Shown piece by piece: positions 7,560-16,281 of a DNA stretch of 41,406 nt. Source of the stretch: a virus (lineage: Duplodnaviria > Heunggongvirae > Uroviricota > Caudoviricetes); the IMG/VR virus record IMGVR_UViG_2623620416_000002, positions 105,253-146,658 of that record; one strand, 5' to 3'. A program made the translations under genes and the position numbers. Numbering within the stretch: the first letter of the stretch is position 1; each line of letters starts with the position of its first letter. The notes beneath the pieces were generated by a model. It made no database searches and was not told the DNA's origin. It saw only the letters and a program-made list of their open reading frames with translations.

Positions 7560-8690
7560 TTAGTTGTGTGTTACTTCGTAAATTTTAAGAGCAGAGTTAA
7601 CACCATTTACTGTATACATTTTTCTTCCAATCCAACAGACATGACTGTGTCCATGAGAATCATATTGAGCAACTTCAGAACAGAATATGAATTCATCATT
7701 TGAACCATGATAACAATCACTTCTCATTTTAAATGTTACATTTGAACCTGTATTCCAAACATATACACCAGGAACAAGTAGATGACAAGTGTTTTTAGGA
7801 ATATTTGAAAAGATTACTAAATTAGATGCGTTCACGCCAGCAGGACCTTGTGGACCAACAGGACCTTGCGGACCAGCAACGCCATTTGCTCCGTTAGAAC
7901 CATTTGCACCTGCAGCACCAGTTGCACCAGTATCGCCCTTGTCACCTTTAGGTCCGATCAATCCAGCAACGCCTTGAATACCTTGAAGACCTTGAATTCC
8001 CTGAATACCTTGCGTACCTGTATCACCTTTGTCACCTTTGTCACCTTTAGCACCAGTTGCCCCTGTCGCACCAGTCAATCCAGTTGAGCCTTGAATACCT
8101 TGCGCACCAGTTGCACCAGTTGCACCTTTAAGGTTAGAAATTAAAGTCCATGTACCAGATATTTTCTTATAAAGATTATAAGTAACAATATCGTAATACA
8201 ATTCATTATCAGTTCCTTGAGTGGAAATTGGTACACCTGAGCCTGAAAGGAAATTTAATCCATTCGAGCCATTAGTGCCTTTAATATTGCCTTGCAATAC
8301 CCACACTCCAGATAACTTTTTATAAATGTTAAGAGTAGTTTTATCTAAGTAAATTTCATTTTCAACACCAAATGAATTAGCAGGTAAACCCGTATTAAAG
8401 AAAAAGTTTAATCCATTTGTGCCATTTGTACCATTTAAACCATTCGAACCATTAGCACCTTTAGCTCCGGTTGCACCAGTTGCGCCAACAGCTCCGGTTG
8501 CACCAGTATCACCCTTGTCGCCTTTATCACCTTTATCACCCTTGTCGCCTTTGTTTCCATCAACACCATTTGTACCATTTGTACCGTTGATGCCGTTTTT
8601 TCCGTCTTGACCGACAACAGTCGTTTCTGTTTTTTCTGGTGCACAGGCACTGAGACCTAGAACAACCAGAACTAGTAAAAGCTTTTTCAT
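7560..8690 (-). CDS. Collagen-like lipoprotein
   Basis: Lipobox LSAC; long Gly-X-Y runs (GDK, GAT, GIQ); two internal GxP...G..NE.Y.D..T.N.YKK.SG.W repeats; AGGAG RBS. Confidence 0.88.
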   Translation of the reverse strand: MKKLLLVLVVLGLSACAPEKTETTVVGQDGKNGINGTNGTNGVDGNKGDKGDKGDKGDKGDTGATGAVGATGATGAKGANGSNGLNGTNGTNGLNFFFNTGLPANSFGVENEIYLDKTTLNIYKKLSGVWVLQGNIKGTNGSNGLNFLSGSGVPISTQGTDNELYYDIVTYNLYKKISGTWTLISNLKGATGATGAQGIQGSTGLTGATGATGAKGDKGDKGDTGTQGIQGIQGLQGIQGVAGLIGPKGDKGDTGATGAAGANGSNGANGVAGPQGPVGPQGPAGVNASNLVIFSNIPKNTCHLLVPGVYVWNTGSNVTFKMRSDCYHGSNDEFIFCSEVAQYDSHGHSHVCWIGRKMYTVNGVNSALKIYEVTHN

Positions 8691-8736
8691 TAACACTCCT
8701 TTTTTATTATAATTAAAACTATCTTCAGAATAAGTT

Positions 8737-9237
8737 TTATTTTACTTCTATATTTTCAACACATGTTTTTGATGTCAATGGCATTGAAGCAACAATGTTT
8801 TGCAAAGAGAAATTAAAGAGTTCATTCATATAATACGAAGTGTTGTACGAGTTTAAACTAAAAATATAAGGATCCATAATGGATGTTGGAGGGTATTTAT
8901 GCTCAACATGATCTCTGTTTAAATCACAATGACCAAGCTCATGAGCTATTAGTTGATATCTAGATCCTTCATCCAAATTATCCCAGTAAGAAGGATCAAT
9001 TACTATTTGTCTTTCGCCGGAAGACCATCGAGTGCATAAACCAACAGTTGAGCCATCTAAGTCTTTAAACTGAATAGGTATATCTCGATGTAAATTAGAG
9101 CCTTTAACTAAAACATAATAGTTAATATACTTATAAAACACAGAATTAGTTCCGCTAATAGTTCTCGGATCTTTGTTTAAAAAGTTTTGACCACAAGCTG
9201 TCAATAACAAAAACGATAGCGGTAATAAGTGTCTCAT
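8737..9237 (-). CDS. Lipoprotein metzincin-like zinc metallopeptidase
   Basis: Lipobox LTAC; HELGHCDLNRDH; SIMDP Met-turn; similar to 1734-2258. Confidence 0.82.
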   Translation of the reverse strand: MRHLLPLSFLLLTACGQNFLNKDPRTISGTNSVFYKYINYYVLVKGSNLHRDIPIQFKDLDGSTVGLCTRWSSGERQIVIDPSYWDNLDEGSRYQLIAHELGHCDLNRDHVEHKYPPTSIMDPYIFSLNSYNTSYYMNELFNFSLQNIVASMPLTSKTCVENIEVK

Positions 9238-9473
9238 GCTACATCCTTGAATAAATCAAGTTGTACTTCTATTACTTGAGTTACTTCAAGAGCTTCTAAT
9301 CTTCTTCTTTCTTTTTCTATATGGTAGGCTTCTAATCGAATACTTGGCTCAAGAACTATTTCATTGATAAGTTCCATTACCAATCCATCCGAGTGATAAA
9401 ACCCAACTGAATGGGTATCAAAGTATACTCGACCATCTTTTTTATCTGAGCTTATAACAATTTTATACAACAT
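9234..9473 (-). CDS. Hypothetical protein
   Basis: Start MLYKIV after GGGAGG; ATGA coupling downstream. Confidence 0.65.
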   Translation of the reverse strand: MLYKIVISSDKKDGRVYFDTHSVGFYHSDGLVMELINEIVLEPSIRLEAYHIEKERRRLEALEVTQVIEVQLDLFKDVA

Positions 9474-9493
9474 ACGTCCCTCCCAGAACAATG

Positions 9494-9763
9494 TTAATCC
9501 ACAGTCTCCTTATTTAAAGGATAAAGCTTAGGTTTTTCACGAACTTCATGCCACATTGGCGTTTGAGTATTATTACGAACCGCTTTATGATAAGCCAACA
9601 TATATCTTTCAAGTAATTCGACTTGTTCTTTCATAGATTTATATGTTTCTTCATTCATATAGTATATGTTTCCACCACTTTCAGCATCTTGTGCTTTATC
9701 AACTTCACATTGAAGTAATAAAGACATATTTGCTACACCATTTAACTCTAATATTCTTTTCAT
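9494..9763 (-). CDS. Hypothetical protein
   Basis: 89 aa ORF in operon. Confidence 0.65.
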   Translation of the reverse strand: MKRILELNGVANMSLLLQCEVDKAQDAESGGNIYYMNEETYKSMKEQVELLERYMLAYHKAVRNNTQTPMWHEVREKPKLYPLNKETVD

Positions 9764-10152
9764 AACTTAATCCTTTTTGTAAAGAACCAACCATAATGTA
9801 TCTCAATTGGAATGTGATATTGCTTATCGTGTTTTTTCATCTCTTTCATAATTGCTTTAAGAGATTTAGTTTCAGAATAAGTATAGAAACAAGATGGTGA
9901 ATAGCTGCTATATTTTGGGTAACCATGAGATTTGTAAGCAACTTTACACTTACCATCAGAAGTAATTACTCTACGTCTATAATCATTACCCATTGCTTGA
10001 GACCAATTACACCAATCTTGAAAGATGACACGAATTTTGCCATGCTTTTCAAGAAGCATATTCATCAATTTATAAGCTTTATATATGTGATTGGAATAGT
10101 TTTTACGCTTTATCTTTGCCACACTATTTTCCTTTAATAATAGGACAAACAC
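9760..10152 (-). CDS. Basic hypothetical protein (start uncertain)
   Basis: Open frame with ATGA coupling to the next gene. Confidence 0.6.
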   Translation of the reverse strand: MFVLLLKENSVAKIKRKNYSNHIYKAYKLMNMLLEKHGKIRVIFQDWCNWSQAMGNDYRRRVITSDGKCKVAYKSHGYPKYSSYSPSCFYTYSETKSLKAIMKEMKKHDKQYHIPIEIHYGWFFTKRIKL

Positions 10153-10303
10153 TATTCATTACATCTTGTAATTTAAGTCTTAATGCTTTCATTTCAGAGT
10201 CGATAAACTCTACAGATCTATTGTTTATTCTTGCTTCTTCTCTATCTGCTTCTAATGAAGCTAATCTAGAGTAGATTTGCTGTAATAATTTAAGTCTATC
10301 CAT
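10124..10303 (-). CDS. Small coiled-coil protein (not in track)
   Basis: MDRLKLLQQIYSRLASLEADREEARINNRSVEFIDSEMKALRLKLQDVMNSVCPIIKGK; GAGGAG RBS. Confidence 0.7.
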   Translation of the reverse strand: MDRLKLLQQIYSRLASLEADREEARINNRSVEFIDSEMKALRLKLQDVMNSVCPIIKGK

Positions 10304-10388
10304 TACTATTCTCCTCAGGCATAGGATAACTTGGCTCTAAGCTATCTAACCATTCTTCATATTCTTTGTTAATTGTATTTTCTTCCAT
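10296..10388 (-). CDS. 30-aa acidic micropeptide (not in track)
   Basis: MEENTINKEYEEWLDSLEPSYPMPEENSNG fills the gap between coupled genes. Confidence 0.45.
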   Translation of the reverse strand: MEENTINKEYEEWLDSLEPSYPMPEENSNG

Positions 10389-10389
10389 G

Positions 10390-10614
10390 TTATTCTTTAG
10401 TTTCAGATTTAAGTTTTGAAGTAATACGTTGTGCCATTTGCATGGCTTCAGTTTGAGAAATAGATTCTTGAGACTTCATGTTAAATTTATGCATCATTCT
10501 AAAAATTCTAGCTAATAGGAAAAATGTTGTTGCGGCTGGATCAGTGCGCGTTGCATGAGAATCAACAGGTCTAAATAATGCTTTTTCAACTGGTTTATAT
10601 AGTTTATTGTTCAT
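10390..10614 (-). CDS. Hypothetical protein
   Basis: Start MNNKLY overlapping the upstream stop. Confidence 0.55.
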   Translation of the reverse strand: MNNKLYKPVEKALFRPVDSHATRTDPAATTFFLLARIFRMMHKFNMKSQESISQTEAMQMAQRITSKLKSETKE

Positions 10615-11020
10615 CTGGGTTATAGGCAAAGTCACATTGACGAACAAAATGATCATAGTTTTTATAACTAATTAATTGTAAGAACTTTTTATGAGCTTGT
10701 TTTTCTGTTTTATATGGTCCCCATTCTTTTTCATAGTCAGGACCACGAGCGATAGAGTAAACCATTGAGCCACTAACTTTATAAAGCTTTTTAGCTTTAT
10801 CCATCCATTCTTCGTATGTGATTCCAGTAATATGCTTTTTATGATAATTAGCATACATAGTTTCGATTTCAGCTAATTGCTCATTATCGAAGATCTTTTG
10901 TTCTTCCGCCATAATGCGAGATATTTCTGAGTCCCAACGAGAATCTCGTTTAGGTAATGGAGTGCCATTACGAATAAAGTTGCGACATTCATGTCTAATG
11001 TTATCAAGCATGATACTCAT
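10604..11020 (-). CDS. Hypothetical protein
   Basis: 138 aa, ATGA coupling. Confidence 0.7.
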   Translation of the reverse strand: MSIMLDNIRHECRNFIRNGTPLPKRDSRWDSEISRIMAEEQKIFDNEQLAEIETMYANYHKKHITGITYEEWMDKAKKLYKVSGSMVYSIARGPDYEKEWGPYKTEKQAHKKFLQLISYKNYDHFVRQCDFAYNPDEQ

Positions 11021-11229
11021 TTAAGTCCTCCTCGTTTATCTGGCGGAGTGTGTTTATTTACCCACTTTTTCCAACCTTTGTAATCAACTTTAATCTCACC
11101 CATCTCACCTGTATACCAAGGATGAGAGATCATTAACTTATCTAATAGATCAAAGAGTTTACGCAATGCTGCGTAACTCTCTTCTCTAGCTTTAGAACTC
11201 GGTTTGTCTCTAAGAGCTTTTACGGCCAT
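11017..11229 (-). CDS. Hypothetical protein
   Basis: 70 aa in operon. Confidence 0.6.
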   Translation of the reverse strand: MAVKALRDKPSSKAREESYAALRKLFDLLDKLMISHPWYTGEMGEIKVDYKGWKKWVNKHTPPDKRGGLK

Positions 11230-11380
11230 AAATAAAATACTTATGAATCAATACAGCAAATAAAGTAGACATCATGAAACTACTTGTTGTTAGTCCACCA
11301 ACTATTCCTGAAAGTATTAACCATACAATAGAGTTAAATACTAAATAAATACCTAAAGATTGCAAGTAAGCCTTGTTCAT
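11210..11380 (-). CDS. Small membrane protein (2 TM)
   Basis: Start MNKAYL after AAGGAG; hydrophobic. Confidence 0.65.
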   Translation of the reverse strand: MNKAYLQSLGIYLVFNSIVWLILSGIVGGLTTSSFMMSTLFAVLIHKYFIYGRKSS

Positions 11381-11388
11381 GTAACTCC

Positions 11389-11586
11389 TTATCCAACTTG
11401 TGGAATATCTTTCCAAACTAATTCATTTTGAGGATCTGCAATAATCTCTGCTTCTTGGTCAGTACCAGAGCGATATACTTTACCGCCTTTGTTTTCCTGC
11501 AAGAAAGCAATCACCATTTCAGAGTTCATCCATTGTCTTTTTAATTCTAGTTTTGCTGTAATTGTTAATGCCCAAAACTTATTCAT
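11389..11586 (-). CDS. Hypothetical protein
   Basis: GGAGG RBS. Confidence 0.7.
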   Translation of the reverse strand: MNKFWALTITAKLELKRQWMNSEMVIAFLQENKGGKVYRSGTDQEAEIIADPQNELVWKDIPQVG

Positions 11587-11615
11587 ACAATACCTCCAGA
11601 TGGTTGTTTTTAGTT

Positions 11616-11996
11616 TCAGGATTTAAGTCCAAGAATAATTTGTTCAAATGGTTTACCAACTTTTGCATATTCAATTTGATTTTTAACCCAAGACTTAAAA
11701 GCATCAATGTCACCTTTATGGTTACCACCTATATTAACTATTGTTTCTTTATCTTGTGTGCGAAGTTGCTCAACAGACATTAAACCACTACCATACAGTC
11801 GAGTCTTTTTCCAGTCATATAGTGTAAATGTAATATCGGCCTCGTCATCATGGAACACCCATTCACCACTTACTTTGTGACCATCACTCTCCATTGGCTC
11901 ACCAAATGCTAATATAAGATCTTTATATACAACACTTATCTCACCCATTCGACTAGTTCCATTGACAGAATGCGAGTCATTACATACTTTAAACAT
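11616..11996 (-). CDS. Conserved phage hypothetical protein (GTS..G...FGEP...KV..EW...YDWK...NIGG family)
   Basis: Pattern recalled from diverse phages; GGAG RBS. Confidence 0.75.
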   Translation of the reverse strand: MFKVCNDSHSVNGTSRMGEISVVYKDLILAFGEPMESDGHKVSGEWVFHDDEADITFTLYDWKKTRLYGSGLMSVEQLRTQDKETIVNIGGNHKGDIDAFKSWVKNQIEYAKVGKPFEQIILGLKS

Positions 11997-12054
11997 ATAT
12001 TCTCCGATGTTTGTTTTTAGTTTCAGGATACAGTGCTGGGACTATGAGCTCCCG

Positions 12055-12087
12055 GCGTAGCAGTGTCAGTTGCCCATGGGCAAATGA
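12055..12087 (-). repeat. Hairpin + GACACTGCTACGC element, copy 2
   Basis: Minus strand: TCA-t-TTGCCC-at-GGGCAA-c-TGA-CACTGCTACGC-cggGAGCTC. Confidence 0.9.
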
Positions 12088-12213
12088 AGATACCAAGCCC
12101 CGCTTAACAGGCTTGGTATAGGTGTTGGGTTATGCGCCACTTTTGGTACGACTTGCGTCGTTAGATTTTATTAGAATGTGGGGATAAGCGGGACTTGCAT
12201 CCCGCTTAATAAA

Positions 12214-12675
12214 TTACTTTTGGAATTTAGCTGCAAGGTCAGCAGGCAAAGCTGAGAAATCAACAGGCTTAGCTTTAACTTTGCTAGCATTGATCTCTTG
12301 GATGCGAGCGTCGATGTAACCTTGAACTTCTGATTTTTCTTCTTCAGTAGTCAAAGTTGTTAACAATGCACGCATTGCTTTCAACGATGCATCGCCAGAA
12401 CCAGCTCGTGAACCTGGGTTTTTAGCTACGTAGCTAACTCCACCGTTCAATCGCTTGTCTTTGCGCAACCAGTTTGACTGAAGTCCTGATACATACGACT
12501 TCAAGTCTGTATCAGAAAACTCACGATCAAGTTCGATAGTTCCACTGCGGAAACCTTCAAACAGAATCGCGTTCACTTGAGCGCGCTGCTCTTTTGATGG
12601 TGTGTAAGAGTCTTGCTCTCCACATACATTCTTTACGGCCTGGAAAACTGCTTCTTTCTGAGAAATCTTAGTCAT
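12214..12675 (-). CDS. Unknown protein, paralog 2 of 3
   Basis: Start re-set to MTKISQ (GGGAGG RBS), 153 aa. Confidence 0.9.
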   Translation of the reverse strand: MTKISQKEAVFQAVKNVCGEQDSYTPSKEQRAQVNAILFEGFRSGTIELDREFSDTDLKSYVSGLQSNWLRKDKRLNGGVSYVAKNPGSRAGSGDASLKAMRALLTTLTTEEEKSEVQGYIDARIQEINASKVKAKPVDFSALPADLAAKFQK

Positions 12676-12750
12676 ATTAACCTCCCGAGGTTTGACTATT
12701 AATTTTCTTGATGAACCATTCACCAAGTTTTTTGTTACTTCATTCTAGTT

Positions 12751-13086
12751 TCAGGATTTATTGGGTTTCACAATTTTAGTTTGTGCATTGTTAATTAGTT
12801 GATTTATATCAACATGAACACCCATATCTACAAGAGCAAGCATTAAAGCTTTAGTCTTTGCAGGACTAATAAATCCTCTTTTCTTTCTTTTAGGTTTATA
12901 TTCTTTCATTCCATTAGCTGCAGAACATAATCCATGATTGTGATATAGTTGATCACCATTTTTCATGCCAAATTCTTCGGCCAAAACAGAAGGGACATTT
13001 TGCCAAACCATACCTGGGCGATTATATACTTCAATTGCTTTTAAGACAACTTCTTGTGGGTAATTTTTATAGTTACCAATAGACAT
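12751..13086 (-). CDS. Hypothetical basic protein
   Basis: AGGAGG RBS; its stop TGA lies inside the CCTGAAACTA motif. Confidence 0.75.
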   Translation of the reverse strand: MSIGNYKNYPQEVVLKAIEVYNRPGMVWQNVPSVLAEEFGMKNGDQLYHNHGLCSAANGMKEYKPKRKKRGFISPAKTKALMLALVDMGVHVDINQLINNAQTKIVKPNKS

Positions 13087-13127
13087 AGATCCTCCTTTTA
13101 TAAGGGATTTTAGTTTCGGATAACAAC

Positions 13128-13328
13128 CTAGTGAAGGTTGTCGCTATCGCCATTGTCCTCTTCCATAAGCTCATCCATGTCCATGTCTTGAACAGCAGAG
13201 TTAAGGATAACAGCTCCATCATAGTCTTCGCTTTGTACTTCCATAGCTAATTGCAATTCTTCAATCTGAGAAGCACTCAGATCAGATACATCAATCGACA
13301 CAGTAAGTACTTTAAGCTTCTCGTTCAT
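13128..13328 (-). CDS. Small acidic protein
   Basis: D/E-rich, 66 aa. Confidence 0.7.
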   Translation of the reverse strand: MNEKLKVLTVSIDVSDLSASQIEELQLAMEVQSEDYDGAVILNSAVQDMDMDELMEEDNGDSDNLH

Positions 13329-13330
13329 GT

Positions 13331-13666
13331 TTAATCCTTTGTAAATAAAGTCATTTCAAACAACTCTGAATCATAAAACTTCTTAAAATCTTTCATGCGA
13401 ATACGTTGCTTCGTACTAAGCACTTCAATTGCTTCTATATGCCCACTCCAATTCCATATAAACCTAACACCCATAGCAAGTCGCATTTGTCTCATTTCAT
13501 GAGTCATCGCTTTCATGTTTTGTTTAGCTTTTCTATAGCCATTTATAGCTTCTCGCTTACTAATATGGTCAGAACAACCATTATCGATATAGTAATGAAA
13601 CCTACGTCTACGTCTATTTAATTCATTCTTTAAATGGCATAAATATATGAGTCTTTGTAAGTCCAT
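13331..13666 (-). CDS. Basic hypothetical protein
   Basis: RRRRR run; TAATG coupling. Confidence 0.65.
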   Translation of the reverse strand: MDLQRLIYLCHLKNELNRRRRRFHYYIDNGCSDHISKREAINGYRKAKQNMKAMTHEMRQMRLAMGVRFIWNWSGHIEAIEVLSTKQRIRMKDFKKFYDSELFEMTLFTKD

Positions 13667-14181
13667 TATTTTCCTTTTGTTTGGTTAATAAAACTCAAAC
13701 CAATCATGTTAATTACTTCTAATGTCAGATCAGTTTTTCTATCCATAGATAGAGAGTCATATTGAGGAAGACGACGATCAATAACCCATTCAGGTGCATT
13801 GAAACCTAAGTAATTAGCTATAAGCATAGCAAATGTATCAGCTCTAAACTCTTCCTCAGTCATTAAGTTCTTAAAGTCAGCTTGTATTTCCGAGTGCTTA
13901 TTAGCTTTAACTAGTGTATGAATACCATGCTCTAATGAATAGCTAAGGAAGTGACCAAACTCATGAGCTAATACATAGTCTTCACTACCTTTAGGGCAAT
14001 TACTCTCAAAAAAGAAGATAGAAGAGGCATCAGCTTGAGAGCTATAAAGTCCATAAGCACCATGCATTGTGGCTTTAAACCAAGTACCTATATGGAGTTT
14101 CTGTAACTCTGAGTCCGGCTTAATAACACACCCATTATCACTAATAAGTGCCAATAGTTTATTACTCACTGTCTTTCCCAT
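13666..14181 (-). CDS. HExxH zinc peptidase, ImmA/IrrE(M78)-like
   Basis: YVLAHEFGH plus downstream EEEFRADTFA (gluzincin third ligand); no signal peptide. Confidence 0.7.
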   Translation of the reverse strand: MGKTVSNKLLALISDNGCVIKPDSELQKLHIGTWFKATMHGAYGLYSSQADASSIFFFESNCPKGSEDYVLAHEFGHFLSYSLEHGIHTLVKANKHSEIQADFKNLMTEEEFRADTFAMLIANYLGFNAPEWVIDRRLPQYDSLSMDRKTDLTLEVINMIGLSFINQTKGK

Positions 14182-14184
14182 ACA

Positions 14185-14643
14185 CTAATCCTTCTTATCT
14201 TTTAAAGATGGAAGACCAATTAAGTCAGCTGCTTCAACATTGGCTAAAGGTAAGTCACCACAACCTAGCATTCGCTCAATACCCAACTCAGCACAAGCTC
14301 TCATATAAAGCTCAGTATTGTCAGCTTCAGACTCTTCAAAGTCAATATATGGTTCAAGTGCTTCAACAAGCTCTTCATCAGTCATTTCTGCAAAGCCTTT
14401 ACACCCATTGATAAGTAAATCCTCTATAATTTCTGTATCTAAGTTGTCACTAGTCATATCAGCTAAATAGACGTGGATTTCTTCACGAGTCTTATCACTC
14501 AGCTTAGGAGTTGGAATCTCTACTATGTCAAACTTAAACTCACCAACACCATAAGTGGCAAAAGCCTTCATTACAAGTTCACACTCAGCCCTAGTGCCTT
14601 CATGGATAAAGCTCCCAAAAGTATGTCTTACAGCATATTTCAT
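14185..14643 (-). CDS. Acidic hypothetical protein
   Basis: GGAGG RBS, 152 aa. Confidence 0.75.
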   Translation of the reverse strand: MKYAVRHTFGSFIHEGTRAECELVMKAFATYGVGEFKFDIVEIPTPKLSDKTREEIHVYLADMTSDNLDTEIIEDLLINGCKGFAEMTDEELVEALEPYIDFEESEADNTELYMRACAELGIERMLGCGDLPLANVEAADLIGLPSLKDKKD

Positions 14644-14645
14644 GG

Positions 14646-14789
14646 CTATTCCTCCACTATTACGTTATTGAGCATTTTCTCAATATTAGGTTGAACAGTA
14701 GCGAGCTCATCAAATAGAGTCTTAAACCCATATCCAACTACACCACCAATAAAGCAGAATAGTAGCACTGTAAATAACATCTCTTTCAT
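14646..14789 (-). CDS. 47-aa single-TM protein (not in track)
   Basis: MKEMLFTVLLFCFIGGVVGYGFKTLFDELATVQPNIEKMLNNVIVEE; AAGGAG RBS behind promoter motif. Confidence 0.7.
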   Translation of the reverse strand: MKEMLFTVLLFCFIGGVVGYGFKTLFDELATVQPNIEKMLNNVIVEE

Positions 14790-14828
14790 ACACTATCTCC
14801 TTGTTATATCGTTATGTAGTTTCAGAAA

Positions 14829-15017
14829 TTACTTAAGAACTGAGTCATCATCTGTTACTTGGCTAATATCTGCACGGTGCACTCTAAAAGAAATGCCATG
14901 TCCGTTAGTACACCAAATAACATCACCTTTCATGCTTATGACTTCACACCAATACGGATCACTACCATATTCGCATACTAGGACTAAAGAACCAACTGTT
15001 ATATTAATGTCGTTCAT
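14829..15017 (-). CDS. Small beta protein (SH3/Tudor-like pattern)
   Basis: I.VGSLVLV...Y.CEV......IW...... alternating pattern; AAAGGA RBS. Confidence 0.6.
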   Translation of the reverse strand: MNDINITVGSLVLVCEYGSDPYWCEVISMKGDVIWCTNGHGISFRVHRADISQVTDDDSVLK

Positions 15018-15028
15018 ATCATTCCTTT

Positions 15029-15340
15029 GTTATATCTAGGCATAGTATCGGATCATCACTTCATCTAGTTCACCCACAACTAATAGGCCACTTCTAGCAT
15101 CCACCTATAGCACTTATAGGATATAGCCTAGACTAAACCTAAGCCATACCTAGTTTTGTTATAGGGAGATATGAGAAGGAGAGCTAAACTGCTGAAAAGA
15201 CTAGCTAGGATATAGTGAGGGCCTGGGGGCTGAGCGACGCCCACCCTGAGTTGGCTTTCCCTATACATTTATCCTTGGCCTGTCTAAGCCTGTTCTTTCC
15301 CTATCTCTTATCCCCTCGTTATATCTAGGCATAGATTCAG
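15029..15340 (-). repeat. 17-nt direct repeat GTTATATCTAGGCATAG (15029-15045, 15318-15334): duplicated promoter
   Basis: Exact match; on the minus strand each reads CYGAWWCTA-TGCCTAGA-TATAAC. Confidence 0.85.
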
Positions 15341-15422
15341 GCTTGCTTTACATCTACCCGAGGCATTACCCGAGGGGTTTATCATGTAGTATCGGGATGA
15401 TTAGCCGAACCCAGAGCTCCTG

Positions 15423-15463
15423 GCGTAGCAGTGTCAGGTCCTGCCCGAGAAGGATCAGGACCT
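15423..15463 (-). repeat. Hairpin + GACACTGCTACGC element, copy 3
   Basis: Minus strand: AGGTCCTG-loop-CAGGACCT-GACACTGCTACGC-cagGAGCTC. Confidence 0.9.
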
Positions 15464-15480
15464 ATAGGTAGATTGTCGGG

Positions 15481-15654
15481 TTATATTGTGACTGCTGTAT
15501 TGGAGTATAGAGTAGCGGATGTATATAGACCAGATAAAAGTCCGTCTTCTCCTAGATGGATTAGGAATAATAGGTTGTCGGAAGAGTGTTCGTGCTCAGA
15601 TCCATCTTTGTAAGTGACGGCCATTGTATACTTGAAGTCTTGCCAATCGATCAT
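15481..15654 (-). CDS. 57-aa hypothetical protein (not in track)
   Basis: MIDWQDFKYTMAVTYKDGSEHEHSSDNLLFLIHLG...; AGGAGG RBS. Confidence 0.65.
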   Translation of the reverse strand: MIDWQDFKYTMAVTYKDGSEHEHSSDNLLFLIHLGEDGLLSGLYTSATLYSNTAVTI

Positions 15655-15655
15655 C

Positions 15656-15739
15656 TTATCCTCCTAGTGTTATGGACAGAATTTGAATCAGGTAGAAGAG
15701 TGAGTATAGCACGGTTGCAGATACAGCTAAGCCTTCCAT
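15656..15739 (-). CDS. 27-aa single-TM micropeptide (not in track)
   Basis: MEGLAVSATVLYSLFYLIQILSITLGG; TAATG coupling. Confidence 0.55.
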   Translation of the reverse strand: MEGLAVSATVLYSLFYLIQILSITLGG

Positions 15740-15894
15740 TAATTACCTGCCATGTTGAAGTAATAAGCCTGTAGTTGCTGGTCAGTGCAGAAGTCGAAGC
15801 AGATGAAAGGATAGTCGTTGATGTCCATGCCAGACTTGCGGTAGGCTTCGTTTTGTAGGGCAAACAATAGCTTGATAAGTTCTTGACGGCTCAT
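15739..15894 (-). CDS. 51-aa hypothetical protein (not in track)
   Basis: MSRQELIKLLFALQNEAYRKSGMDINDYPFICFDFCTDQQLQAYYFNMAGN; ATGA coupling. Confidence 0.65.
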   Translation of the reverse strand: MSRQELIKLLFALQNEAYRKSGMDINDYPFICFDFCTDQQLQAYYFNMAGN

Positions 15895-16073
15895 ATAGCT
15901 TCCTCCATATTAAAGCAAAGTTCTAAATCATCATTATTCATAGCCATAGCTGGAATACCTAAATCATGGGCTTTCTCTTCTTTAGCCATTGCTTCAGCTT
16001 TAGTTAAATTTCTAACTAATATTTCATCGGTTTCAAGATTAACTAAGTTCCAGCACTTCATGTTCTTACTCAT
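15891..16073 (-). CDS. Hypothetical protein
   Basis: AAGGAG RBS, coupled. Confidence 0.7.
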   Translation of the reverse strand: MSKNMKCWNLVNLETDEILVRNLTKAEAMAKEEKAHDLGIPAMAMNNDDLELCFNMEEAI

Positions 16074-16270
16074 ATACTCTCCTTTAGGTAATGTGGTTCA
16101 TAGTTAGCAAGGAAATACTCGATCTCATCTAAGGTCCATCCATCGCATGTATCTACTACATCGGTATAGCCTGCATCTCTCATCTTCTGTAGTATCAGAT
16201 TGCATTTATCTTGGTCGGTCATCATATCCTCCGTTGTTGTGATGGTGTGTAGGTTCAGGTATTGCCTCAT
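16070..16270 (-). CDS. Hypothetical protein
   Basis: 66 aa; alternative start after GGAGG. Confidence 0.65.
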   Translation of the reverse strand: MRQYLNLHTITTTEDMMTDQDKCNLILQKMRDAGYTDVVDTCDGWTLDEIEYFLANYEPHYLKESI

Positions 16271-16281
16271 AGTGGGGCTGA

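Noticed and set aside
7789-8650. Pro-rich + strand ORFs and alternative-frame ORFs over the collagen gene
   Set aside because: Artefacts of Gly-X-Y codon periodicity
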